Shown here: piece by piece, positions 39,258 through 49,080 of the stretch
How the letters are laid out: each line of letters opens with the position of its first letter
Position numbering within the stretch: position 1 is the first letter of the stretch
DNA from: Escherichia phage T4
Sequence record: NC_000866.4
Reading direction: 5' to 3' (one strand)
DNA: 64,000 nt
The notes under the pieces: model-generated
Database searches by the model: none
Told to the model about the DNA's origin: nothing
The model's input: the letters and a program-made list of their open reading frames with translations, nothing else
Program-made: the position numbers and the translations under genes

Positions 39258-39918
39258 ATTTCATTTTTCGACCTTTAAACCATCCTTCTGGAATTGGGTC
39301 AGTTTTCTTAATACGTTTAGAAACTTTTTCATCTAATGAATGAATCCACATCATACCGAATTGGGAATTCTTTTCACCTTTCTGGTGATTATTTTTGGCG
39401 TGAGATTCTTTCATTTTATTAATAGTTTCAGGAGTATGATGCTTATTTAGAAATCTGCTATTATTTAAAAATTTTTCCCTGTATTCAGGAGTTGACCACA
39501 AACGTTTAAATACATTTGAACCAATTTTACGATATTTTTCTTGAAGTAAAATATCATTTTCAAAACGTGACTTAAACGATTTAGCTCCTTTTAAGCTAGC
39601 ATCTTTCTTCTGGTTTAGCATTCCAGGAATATTTACATGATCCCATCCACCTTCACCGCCAAGTTTTAAATTATACACATCTGGTCTATTTAAAAACTCT
39701 TCTGTGACAATATTTTTCTCGGCTTCAAGCATAGATTCTTTATCGTCAAAATACTCTAATATTTCTTTAGAAAAATTTTCTATACCATATTTATCTTGGG
39801 CTCTTTTTAATAATTTACCAGAACCCATATATCCATCATCTAAATTTTCGGTAGAATGCACACCAATATAAATTTTATTATTAATTTTATTTGTTATTTT
39901 ATAAGTGTAATAGAACAT
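39253..39918 (-). CDS. segB: GIY-YIG homing endonuclease SegB
   Basis: 221 aa; YYTYKITNKINNKIYIGVHS...GYMGSG; embedded in the tRNA cluster as in T4. Confidence 0.85.
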   Translation of the reverse strand: MFYYTYKITNKINNKIYIGVHSTENLDDGYMGSGKLLKRAQDKYGIENFSKEILEYFDDKESMLEAEKNIVTEEFLNRPDVYNLKLGGEGGWDHVNIPGMLNQKKDASLKGAKSFKSRFENDILLQEKYRKIGSNVFKRLWSTPEYREKFLNNSRFLNKHHTPETINKMKESHAKNNHQKGEKNSQFGMMWIHSLDEKVSKRIKKTDPIPEGWFKGRKMKF

Positions 39919-39959
39919 AAATATCTCCTATTTCTAAGAGTATTTATGTTCTCAAAATA

Positions 39960-40033
39960 TGACCCAGACCAGATTTGAACTGGTAACCTTTCCCTTATGA
40001 GGGGACTGCTGCTAACCATTGAGCTACAGGGCC
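39960..40033 (-). tRNA. tRNA-Ile: tRNA-Ile (anticodon CAU type)
   Basis: Minus-strand ggccctgtagctcaatggttagcagcagtcccctcataaggg...ggttcaaatc...; anticodon loop ctcataa. Confidence 0.75.
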
Positions 40034-40034
40034 T

Positions 40035-40110
40035 TGGTGCTGATTGACGGAATCGAACCGCCGACATCCTCATTACAAGTGAGGTGCTCTACCTACTGAG
40101 CTAAATCAGC
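40035..40110 (-). tRNA. tRNA-Thr: tRNA-Thr (anticodon UGU)
   Basis: Minus-strand gctgatttagctcagtaggtagagcacctcacttgtaatgagg...ggttcgattcc...aatcagcacca. Confidence 0.85.
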
Positions 40111-40117
40111 AAAATTA

Positions 40118-40204
40118 CGGAGGCGATAGGATTTGAACCTATGAGTCGCCGGAGCGACTGCCGGTTTTCAAGACCGGTGCATTAAACCACTCTGCCACGC
40201 CTCC
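40118..40204 (-). tRNA. tRNA-Ser: tRNA-Ser (anticodon UGA), long variable arm
   Basis: Minus-strand ggaggcgtggcagagtggtttaatgcaccggtcttgaaaaccgg...ggttcaaatcctatcgcctcc. Confidence 0.85.
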
Positions 40205-40206
40205 AG

Positions 40207-40280
40207 TCTCCATACAAGGATTTGAACCTTGGACCTCCTGATCCCAAATCAGGCGCTCTACCAAACTGAGCTACACGGAG
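40207..40280 (-). tRNA. tRNA-Pro: tRNA-Pro (anticodon UGG)
   Basis: Minus-strand ctccgtgtagctcagtttggtagagcgcctgatttgggatcagg...ggttcaaatcc. Confidence 0.85.
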
Positions 40281-40290
40281 TAAATTAAAT

Positions 40291-40364
<74 letters not shown>

Positions 40365-40369
40365 AAATT

Positions 40370-40456
40370 TGGTGCGAGAAGTGGGACTCGAACCCACAAG
40401 GAAATCATTCCGCAGCATTTTAAGTGCTGTGCCTTTACCAATTTGACCATTCTCGC
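40370..40456 (-). tRNA. tRNA-Leu: tRNA-Leu (anticodon UAA), long variable arm
   Basis: Minus-strand gcgagaatggtcaaattggtaaaggcacagcacttaaaatgctg...gggttcgagtcccacttctcgcacca. Confidence 0.85.
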
Positions 40457-40457
40457 G

Positions 40458-40530
40458 CTGGGAATAAAGGACTCGAACCTTTGCATCTAGCAGTCAAAGT
40501 GCTATGCCTTACCAACTTGGCTAATTCCCA
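40458..40530 (-). tRNA. tRNA-Gln: tRNA-Gln (anticodon UUG)
   Basis: Minus-strand tgggaattagccaagttggtaaggcatagcactttgactgctag...ggttcgagtcctttattccca. Confidence 0.85.
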
Positions 40531-40627
40531 ATTATTAACAAAGGCTCTCTAACAAGAACCCTTGATGATAGAGGGTATTAATCAGTGCGGTATGAGTTAA
40601 TAATAACAAATAATTCTTAAAGCATAT

Positions 40628-40921
40628 TTACCATTTATGATGATACGTATTTACGATACATTCAAGACCCAAAGGATTCTTGAAAATATCATATTCAAGA
40701 GGACCTTTTTCTGTTTCAATAAAGAAATCAAAATTTACTGTATTAAATTTACGGTCTTCCTTTACTAATTTAACTTGAGAAGATGAACGATCAATGTAAA
40801 CCTTTTCAACTTCAAAACACGTTAAAATGCCATAATCATCAATCAAGGCTTTAGCTGCTTCTTGATCATATTTATATCCATTTTCAACGGATGATACTTT
40901 CGCATAAAGAATCATCATCAA
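40628..40921 (-). CDS. hypothetical protein (tRNA.2-like)
   Basis: 97 aa ORF upstream of tRNA cluster. Confidence 0.5.
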   Translation of the reverse strand: MMMILYAKVSSVENGYKYDQEAAKALIDDYGILTCFEVEKVYIDRSSSQVKLVKEDRKFNTVNFDFFIETEKGPLEYDIFKNPLGLECIVNTYHHKW

Positions 40922-41328
40922 CCTCTATCAACAATAGCATGAGTATGGGCATTTACGATTTGCCACCAGTCGAAACGATTGGAACCATAATCTGGTTTAT
41001 TTTCATTTTCTTTAATGATATCACGCAGTTTATCTTCTGTTTCAGCATACGCAATTAAATCATCATATCCACCACAAGGATAATAATTATCACCTGCGAA
41101 TAAAAGAAAATTTACCTTAGATGGATTTACGTAATAATGGTCTTTAGGATATTTAGTTCCTCTCCAATCAGTTACTTCAACATAACGGTAAGAAAATCCA
41201 TTTTTACTTTCAATCCAACTCCACGCTTCAAAAGGAGTATTAAAAACTTTATCAGGTATTAAATTACCTTCAAAATGAGAAGGATTTGCATAATCCCCGG
41301 CATAAACATAATATTCGTTAATACTCAT
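40918..41328 (-). CDS. hypothetical protein (tRNA.3-like)
   Basis: 136 aa ORF. Confidence 0.5.
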   Translation of the reverse strand: MSINEYYVYAGDYANPSHFEGNLIPDKVFNTPFEAWSWIESKNGFSYRYVEVTDWRGTKYPKDHYYVNPSKVNFLLFAGDNYYPCGGYDDLIAYAETEDKLRDIIKENENKPDYGSNRFDWWQIVNAHTHAIVDRG

Positions 41329-41514
41329 TTATTCACCTTTAGAAATTTTATCCATAACGATAGCAATTAAACCAATTAAAAATGCTACTACAAGTGAAAA
41401 CACATTTTCTGCTGTAGTTAATAATCCGCATATAAATCCAACAAACATTGAAAAACTAAAAGCAGAAGCAGAAATTGCAATAGCAACATTTCGAATTAAT
41501 TCACAGCGTTTCAT
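41329..41514 (-). CDS. hypothetical small membrane protein (tRNA.4-like)
   Basis: 61 aa, two hydrophobic helices; downstream of early promoter 41543-41572. Confidence 0.5.
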   Translation of the reverse strand: MKRCELIRNVAIAISASAFSFSMFVGFICGLLTTAENVFSLVVAFLIGLIAIVMDKISKGE

Positions 41515-41542
41515 TTTATTCTCCTCAGTAGTTGATAGGGTA

Positions 41543-41572
41543 ATAGTATCACAGCTAAAACCCTATGTAAAC
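41543..41572 (-). promoter_or_regulatory. T4-type early promoter
   Basis: Minus strand GTTTAC-18-TACTAT upstream of tRNA.4-like ORF. Confidence 0.65.
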
Positions 41573-41590
41573 AACTTTGTGAAATATTTA

Positions 41591-41878
41591 TTACAAAAGA
41601 TTTTTAGCAATAATCTTGAGATGTGCCGCAGAAATGTGTTTAGCTTTAAACAACGCAGTTTCTTCAGCAGGAGAGATAACGATTGTAGCACCATCCTTTT
41701 TAGCAGACCACCCATCACCTAGGTAAACAGTACCTTTGATTTCTTCGCCATCAACCAGACTAATCATTGGTTTACCTTCTCGTCCTTTATTTGCTTTAAT
41801 AACTTCAGAAGTAAGAGTAGCTTCGGTAATGGTAGAAACCGGGGTAGTTGTAGAAGTAAATTCTTTAAATGTTTTCAT
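41591..41878 (-). CDS. ipI: internal protein I (IPI), injected anti-restriction protein
   Basis: 95 aa MKTFKEFTSTTTPVSTITEA...; capsid targeting N-terminus like ipII/ipIII. Confidence 0.85.
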   Translation of the reverse strand: MKTFKEFTSTTTPVSTITEATLTSEVIKANKGREGKPMISLVDGEEIKGTVYLGDGWSAKKDGATIVISPAEETALFKAKHISAAHLKIIAKNLL

Positions 41879-41909
41879 TTTTATTTTCCTAATTAATTTT
41901 GATGAGGTA

Positions 41910-41939
41910 ATAGTATCACTACCTCATCAGTATGTAAAC
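41910..41939 (-). promoter_or_regulatory. T4-type early promoter of ipI
   Basis: Minus strand GTTTAC-18-TACTAT; -10 sits between 9-bp inverted repeats gatgaggta/tacctcatc. Confidence 0.65.
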
Positions 41940-41951
41940 AACTTTGTGAAA

Positions 41952-42648
<697 letters not shown>

Positions 42649-42649
<1 letters not shown>

Positions 42650-43374
42650 TATAGTACCTTTAGTGTATTTTTAATTTTAGAAAAAAGTTCTTCAAGAGAA
42701 CCATCGTTTGTAATTACTAAATCGCCATCACGAATTGGCAATCCAGCTTCTGTAATATGTGTATCATTGGATTTTTGACCAGGACGAACTACATGAATTA
42801 CTGTAGCACCCATCGCCCTAGCCGCATCCATTTCATGATCTTGACGGGTATCAGGAACGATATAATAATCATAACCTGAGTTAAATTTATCAAGATAATC
42901 TAAAGCAAATAATTTTACCCAGTACATGCGGTCGAAGTTATTAACAATCAAATCCGTACCTAGGGCTTGCATCAGACGACGGACTGACCATTGATCTTCA
43001 ATATTATTTATAACGTCAGTAATCTTATTAAATGCTACGAAATTAACTGATTCTTTTCCTTCGTCATCAAAAACAAACACACCTTTAATTGGGCTTTTAC
43101 CATTAAGATAACAAAATGCTTGTTCCATAATCGTGATTACTTCTAATTTAGTCAGATTTAAATTAGTCTCACGATCATAGTCAATTCCTTCAAACTCTTT
43201 ACGAGTTAAGCAAGGATAGTCAGTGTTTGCTGCAAATACTCCCCATGCATAAGCCAATGCATCCTTAATAGGACCAGCAAGTTGGTATTTAACTGCAGAA
43301 TAATTGCTCATGATAAAATCAGCAGTAGTATCTTTTCCACTACGCTTTACACCGCTTAAAAAGATTAGTTTCAT
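42649..43374 (-). CDS. 1: gp1 deoxynucleoside monophosphate kinase
   Basis: Start trimmed to MKLIFLSGVKRSGKDTTADF (241 aa); P-loop. Confidence 0.9.
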
Positions 43375-43423
43375 GTGTTTCTCCTCAAATTTAATTAAGA
43401 TTATAACACACAAAACTGAAGCA

Positions 43424-43954
43424 TTAAACTTCTGCTATAATTTTACCATCTTTTTCTACTTGAAAATAGGTGTAAGGAATTGTTGCAGTACATACTAAAG
43501 CCGGGTCTGAATCTTCCGTGTAGCTAAATTCTACTTCAGATAGGTCAGAAACCCAAGGCTTATAAAAATTTATTGACATCACGATTTCAGTTTTGCTATT
43601 ATCTAAGATGTAAAGCGTAATGTACTCAGGACCTGTTTTTTGGGCAGTATTTTCACCTGTAAGATAGTTGCTAGTTCCTAGCATCCATTCATACATTCCT
43701 ATCCACGACTTAAGTTCTTCATCAACTATAAATCTCACAATGAGTGGATCATACTCAAATGTAACACCTGGACGTTGTGCTCGGCCCAGTCCAAACGGCC
43801 CAGTCACGGTATCAGTAACAGGTATTCTAATTCCTGGAATAGGAACTGACTGAGCATTTAAAGTAAAAGCAGATGTAGTATTACTATGTGGTATTGATAC
43901 TACAAAGTTAGTTGTATTTGCTTGGTTAAAAATTTGTTGCAGAGCTTGCGACAT
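43424..43954 (-). CDS. 3: gp3 tail completion / sheath stabiliser
   Basis: Track ORF starts at TTG 44033-44035; trimmed to MSQALQQIF (176 aa). Confidence 0.85.
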   Translation of the reverse strand: MSQALQQIFNQANTTNFVVSIPHSNTTSAFTLNAQSVPIPGIRIPVTDTVTGPFGLGRAQRPGVTFEYDPLIVRFIVDEELKSWIGMYEWMLGTSNYLTGENTAQKTGPEYITLYILDNSKTEIVMSINFYKPWVSDLSEVEFSYTEDSDPALVCTATIPYTYFQVEKDGKIIAEV

Positions 43955-44060
43955 ATATTCCTCATAATGCTTTATAACTGTTGGTGGTATAATGGGTCTA
44001 AGTCCCTTCCATTCAATTCCATTTAGAACAAACAACAGAAAAGAATGGAAGATAATAGAA

Positions 44061-44885
44061 TTAGATATTTGACCAGACTTTGTTTGCAGAGAAACGTTTT
44101 CCTTTTGAAACGAACTGCTGAAGTGGCATCAACACAACGTTCGCCCAGTCTTTCGGGGCGATTTCAACAAGGCTACCCATAATATTACCAGGTATATATG
44201 CCTTAATCATTTGGTCTGCACCCCTAAATCCTTTCACTTGACTCCAATCAATTTTTAATTTCGTTTTATTAGTAATAGTAGGTGTATTTGCATATTGCTT
44301 TAAAAGCTCTTCTAGGAATTGCTGACGAGCTTTAGGTGGAATATAGTGCAAGTTTAATCCGTACATTAAATTATGCTTACCTAAACCAAGGTAAATTATC
44401 AAAGGAAATTTATCCCAGTAAGGAAGAGTTTCCTTGTGTTTAGCATCATAAGCAAAAGCATATATTCGTCCCGGCTGCGGGCGAACAACTTTATGTCCTT
44501 TTACTTGCTTAATAGTTTCAGCAAACCACTTTCTGGTTTTATTATTAATTGCTGCGCCTTCATTACGAATTTTATCACGCAATGTTTGTCTGAATGAATT
44601 TATCATAAGCAGTTGTCTTTCTTGCTTATTGAGTTTATTCATTGGTTTTGATTCAAGTTTTTGAATCTTTTCAGCCGTTTTAATTCCTGAAGCATATTTT
44701 GACATTGCTGAAGTAAACGTAGAGTATTTGATTCCTCTTTCTTCAGCAAATTGCTTTCCTGTCATTCCTTTTGCTTTGGCCTTTTTATATTCAAGACCTA
44801 TCTGAATCCATTTCTTTTCGTTTAATGATTGCTTAACCTTTGGAACTTGGGGAGTGCTTTCATTAATTATTTGAAAAATAGCCAT
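44061..44885 (-). CDS. 2: gp2 DNA end protector protein
   Basis: 274 aa [16 protein letters not shown]...; T4 order 3-2-4. Confidence 0.85.
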
Positions 44886-45337
44886 TATGCCCCCTTAAAG
44901 CCAAGAGCTCGTAATCCATCTTCTGTTAGAATTCTAAATTTTATTCCACGCTTTTCAGCTAAAGATTGTGCTGCTTTCCATTTGTCAGTGTTCACAGACC
45001 AGGTATAAATTTCATTCATAAATCTTTTCTTCGCTGCGGTCGTTAGATGTGCTGGTTTAACTGGTGGTTGTGTTTCTTTTTTAGGTTTTATTTCAATAAA
45101 AAATTCTTGTCCAGAAGAATCTTTCATCCAAATATCCATGAAGTATCTACGTTTTTTCCCTTCTGCATTACAAAAATAAGGAATTACTGCTGTTTCACTA
45201 CCCCATGCAATAATTTCTGGATTTTTATCTAACCATTCAAAAAAGAATTTTTCCCAATTTGATCTATACGTAATTTTTTTAGGGTCACCTCTATACTTTG
45301 ATATATTTTTAGGAACCCATTTTCCAGAATATGCCAT
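44885..45337 (-). CDS. 4: gp4 head completion protein
   Basis: 150 aa; late promoter immediately upstream. Confidence 0.8.
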
Positions 45338-45348
45338 TGGATTCTCCT

Positions 45349-45356
45349 TATAAATA
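45349..45356 (+). promoter_or_regulatory. late promoter TATAAATA for gene 53
   Basis: Exact TATAAATA 29 bp upstream of gene 53 ATG. Confidence 0.7.
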
Positions 45357-45363
45357 GATAATA

Positions 45364-45371
45364 TATTTATA
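45364..45371 (-). promoter_or_regulatory. late promoter TATAAATA for gene 4
   Basis: Exact TATAAATA on minus strand upstream of gene 4; divergent partner of the gene 53 promoter. Confidence 0.7.
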
Positions 45372-45384
45372 AACAGGAGGGCCC

Positions 45385-45975
45385 ATGCTCTTTACATTTT
45401 TTGATCCGATTGAATATGCGGCCAAAACGGTGAATAAAAACGCGCCGACTATTCCTATGACAGATATTTTTAGAAACTATAAAGACTATTTTAAACGCGC
45501 TCTTGCGGGATACCGCTTACGTACTTATTATATTAAAGGTTCACCACGCCCGGAAGAATTAGCAAATGCTATATATGGAAATCCACAGCTGTATTGGGTT
45601 TTATTGATGTGTAATGATAATTATGACCCGTATTATGGATGGATTACTTCGCAAGAAGCTGCTTATCAAGCATCTATACAAAAATACAAAAACGTAGGTG
45701 GAGACCAAATAGTATATCATGTGAATGAGAACGGTGAAAAATTTTATAATTTAATATCATACGATGATAATCCATATGTTTGGTATGATAAAGGCGATAA
45801 AGCTAGAAAATATCCTCAATATGAAGGAGCGCTTGCTGCGGTCGATACGTATGAAGCTGCTGTTCTTGAAAATGAAAAACTTCGTCAAATAAAAATAATA
45901 GCAAAATCAGACATCAATTCATTTATGAACGACCTTATACGTATAATGGAGAAATCTTATGGAAATGATAAGTAA
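45385..45975 (+). CDS. 53: gp53 baseplate wedge protein
   Basis: 196 aa; late promoter TATAAATA at 45349-45356; precedes gene 5. Confidence 0.85.
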   Translation: MLFTFFDPIEYAAKTVNKNAPTIPMTDIFRNYKDYFKRALAGYRLRTYYIKGSPRPEELANAIYGNPQLYWVLLMCNDNYDPYYGWITSQEAAYQASIQKYKNVGGDQIVYHVNENGEKFYNLISYDDNPYVWYDKGDKARKYPQYEGALAAVDTYEAAVLENEKLRQIKIIAKSDINSFMNDLIRIMEKSYGNDK

Positions 45976-47686
45976 TAACCTTAATTGGTTTGTCGGTGTT
46001 GTTGAAGATAGAATGGACCCATTAAAATTAGGTCGTGTTCGTGTTCGTGTGGTTGGTCTGCATCCACCTCAAAGAGCACAAGGTGATGTAATGGGTATTC
46101 CAACTGAAAAATTACCATGGATGTCAGTTATTCAACCTATAACTTCTGCAGCAATGTCTGGAATTGGAGGTTCTGTTACTGGACCAGTAGAAGGAACTAG
46201 AGTTTATGGTCATTTTTTAGACAAATGGAAAACTAATGGAATTGTCCTTGGCACGTATGGTGGAATAGTTCGCGAAAAACCGAATAGACTTGAAGGATTT
46301 TCTGACCCAACTGGGCAGTATCCTAGACGTTTAGGAAATGATACTAACGTACTAAACCAAGGTGGAGAAGTAGGATATGATTCGTCTTCTAACGTTATCC
46401 AAGATAGTAACTTAGACACCGCAATAAATCCCGATGATAGACCGCTATCAGAGATTCCGACCGATGATAATCCAAATATGTCAATGGCTGAAATGCTTCG
46501 CCGTGATGAAGGATTAAGATTAAAAGTTTATTGGGATACCGAAGGATATCCGACAATTGGTATTGGTCATCTTATCATGAAGCAGCCAGTTCGTGATATG
46601 GCTCAAATTAATAAAGTTTTATCAAAACAAGTTGGTCGTGAAATTACAGGAAATCCAGGTTCTATTACAATGGAAGAGGCGACGACTTTATTTGAGCGTG
46701 ATTTGGCTGATATGCAACGGGACATTAAATCACATTCTAAAGTAGGACCAGTCTGGCAAGCTGTCAACCGTTCTCGTCAAATGGCGTTAGAAAATATGGC
46801 ATTTCAGATGGGTGTTGGTGGTGTAGCTAAATTTAACACAATGTTAACTGCTATGTTAGCAGGAGATTGGGAAAAAGCGTATAAAGCCGGTCGTGATTCA
46901 TTGTGGTATCAACAAACAAAAGGCCGTGCATCCCGTGTTACCATGATTATTCTTACGGGGAATTTGGAATCATATGGTGTTGAAGTGAAAACCCCAGCTA
47001 GGTCTCTATCAGCAATGGCTGCTACTGTAGCTAAATCTTCTGACCCTGCTGACCCTCCTATTCCAAATGACTCGAGAATTTTATTCAAAGAACCAGTTTC
47101 TTCATATAAAGGTGAATATCCTTATGTGCATACAATGGAAACTGAAAGCGGACATATTCAGGAATTTGATGATACCCCTGGGCAAGAACGATATAGATTA
47201 GTTCATCCAACTGGAACTTATGAAGAAGTATCACCATCAGGAAGAAGAACAAGAAAAACTGTTGATAATTTGTATGATATAACCAATGCTGATGGTAATT
47301 TTTTGGTAGCCGGTGATAAAAAGACTAACGTCGGTGGTTCAGAAATTTATTATAACATGGATAATCGTTTACATCAAATCGATGGAAGCAATACAATATT
47401 TGTACGTGGAGACGAAACGAAAACTGTTGAAGGTAATGGAACTATCCTAGTTAAAGGTAATGTTACTATTATAGTTGAAGGTAATGCTGACATTACAGTT
47501 AAAGGAGATGCTACCACTTTAGTTGAAGGAAATCAAACTAACACAGTAAATGGAAATCTTTCTTGGAAAGTTGCCGGGACAGTTGATTGGGATGTCGGTG
47601 GTGATTGGACAGAAAAAATGGCATCTATGAGTTCTATTTCATCTGGTCAATACACAATTGATGGATCGAGGATTGACATTGGCTAA
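45959..47686 (+). CDS. 5: gp5 baseplate hub / cell-puncturing device with lysozyme domain
   Basis: 575 aa; internal lysozyme domain MAEMLRRDEGLRLKVYWDTEGYPTIGIGHL paralogous to e; C-terminal VxGxxxxx beta-helix repeats. Confidence 0.95.
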   Translation: MEMISNNLNWFVGVVEDRMDPLKLGRVRVRVVGLHPPQRAQGDVMGIPTEKLPWMSVIQPITSAAMSGIGGSVTGPVEGTRVYGHFLDKWKTNGIVLGTYGGIVREKPNRLEGFSDPTGQYPRRLGNDTNVLNQGGEVGYDSSSNVIQDSNLDTAINPDDRPLSEIPTDDNPNMSMAEMLRRDEGLRLKVYWDTEGYPTIGIGHLIMKQPVRDMAQINKVLSKQVGREITGNPGSITMEEATTLFERDLADMQRDIKSHSKVGPVWQAVNRSRQMALENMAFQMGVGGVAKFNTMLTAMLAGDWEKAYKAGRDSLWYQQTKGRASRVTMIILTGNLESYGVEVKTPARSLSAMAATVAKSSDPADPPIPNDSRILFKEPVSSYKGEYPYVHTMETESGHIQEFDDTPGQERYRLVHPTGTYEEVSPSGRRTRKTVDNLYDITNADGNFLVAGDKKTNVGGSEIYYNMDNRLHQIDGSNTIFVRGDETKTVEGNGTILVKGNVTIIVEGNADITVKGDATTLVEGNQTNTVNGNLSWKVAGTVDWDVGGDWTEKMASMSSISSGQYTIDGSRIDIG

Positions 47687-48215
47687 TATACTTCCAATGA
47701 GCGCTGATTTAGGAGAATCCATGGAAGGTTCTTCTATCGACGTCACCTTTACCGCTCAATTAGAAACAGGTGAAACGTTAGTATCTATAAATATAACTAG
47801 TTACGAAGAAACTCCTGGGGTTTTAGTAGAAGAAAATCGCTTATATGGAACATATGAATCTGTATTTGGTTTCGGAAATGACGCGTTGAAATATCGTTTA
47901 GGCGATGAATTTAAAACTGCTGCTTCATGGGAAGAACTTCCTACTGATTCTGATACTCAGTTGTATTTGTGGAAAGCTCCTCAAAACCTCCAGAAGACAT
48001 TCACTTACGAAGTAACATTAATATATGACTACCAAGAACAAAGTGAATCTGGGGGTTCTGGCAGTAATTCTAGGTCATCTTCTGATACTACTGAACCGAC
48101 AGATCCTCCTGCTCCAGTAAGAAAAACTCTAGTTAAAAATTATACTAAAACTATAGTTGGAAATTGGAGTCGTTGGGCTAATAAACTGAGAAAATATGCC
48201 TATGCAAGACCATAA
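47658..48215 (+). CDS. 5.1: gp5.1-like protein
   Basis: ORF following gene 5; start uncertain. Confidence 0.55.
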   Translation: MMDRGLTLANILPMSADLGESMEGSSIDVTFTAQLETGETLVSINITSYEETPGVLVEENRLYGTYESVFGFGNDALKYRLGDEFKTAASWEELPTDSDTQLYLWKAPQNLQKTFTYEVTLIYDYQEQSESGGSGSNSRSSSDTTEPTDPPAPVRKTLVKNYTKTIVGNWSRWANKLRKYAYARP

Positions 48216-48791
48216 ATATTTTTATTTGTATTCAATAACTAATAAAACAACAGAAAAAATTTATGTAGGCGTCCACAAAACTTCAAATTTGGATGATGGG
48301 TATATGGGTTCTGGCGTTGCCATTAAAAATGCCATTAAAAAATATGGCATAGATAATTTTTATAAGCATATTATAAAATTCTTTGAATCTGAAAAAGCTA
48401 TGTATGACGCAGAGGCAGAAATAGTCACAGAGGAATTTGTTAAATCTAAGAAAACTTATAATATGAAACTAGGCGGTATCGGTGGCTTCCCAAAACATAA
48501 CACAGCGGGTGCTAAAAATGGATTTTACGGTAAATCTCATTCGCGTGAAACTAGATTGAAAATTAGCATTAAATCGTCTAGAAAAAGAGGGCCTAGAGGG
48601 CTAGAGGTAAAACTCTGAAGATGTGTGGCGCCAATAACCCAAGGTATGGCAAAATAGCCCCTAATGCTAAATCTGTTATTATCAACGGCGTTTTATATAA
48701 AAGTATTAAAATCGCAGCTAAAGCTCTTAATATAAATTATAGTACCTTAAAGGGGCGAGTTAAAGCGGGGTATTATAAATGTCAGGATTAA
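48196..48791 (+). pseudogene. segC: GIY-YIG homing endonuclease SegC-like, split by frameshift
   Basis: 140 aa GIY-YIG N-terminal ORF ends at TGA 48616-48618; C-terminal DNA-binding-like segment continues in the +2 frame to 48791; 8-bp direct repeat ctagaggg/ctagaggt at the junction. Confidence 0.7.
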
Positions 48792-49072
48792 GTTATGATA
48801 AGTGTGTTACTGCTGGCCATGAAGCGTGGCCTCCAACAGTTGTGAATGCTACACAAAGTAAAGTATTCACTGGAGGAATTGCTGTTCTCGTAGCAGGCGA
48901 TCCAATTACAGAACATACAGAAATTAAAAAGCCGTATGAAACACATGGCGGAGTGACACAACCTAGAACTTCTAAGGTATATGTCACTGGAAAGAAAGCT
49001 GTTCAAATGGCTGATCCAATATCATGCGGTGATACTGTGGCTCAGGCATCATCTAAAGTATTCATTAAATAG
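48779..49072 (+). CDS. 5.4: gp5.4 PAAR-repeat spike tip protein
   Basis: 97 aa [30 protein letters not shown]... Confidence 0.8.
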
Positions 49073-49080
49073 GATTTAAA

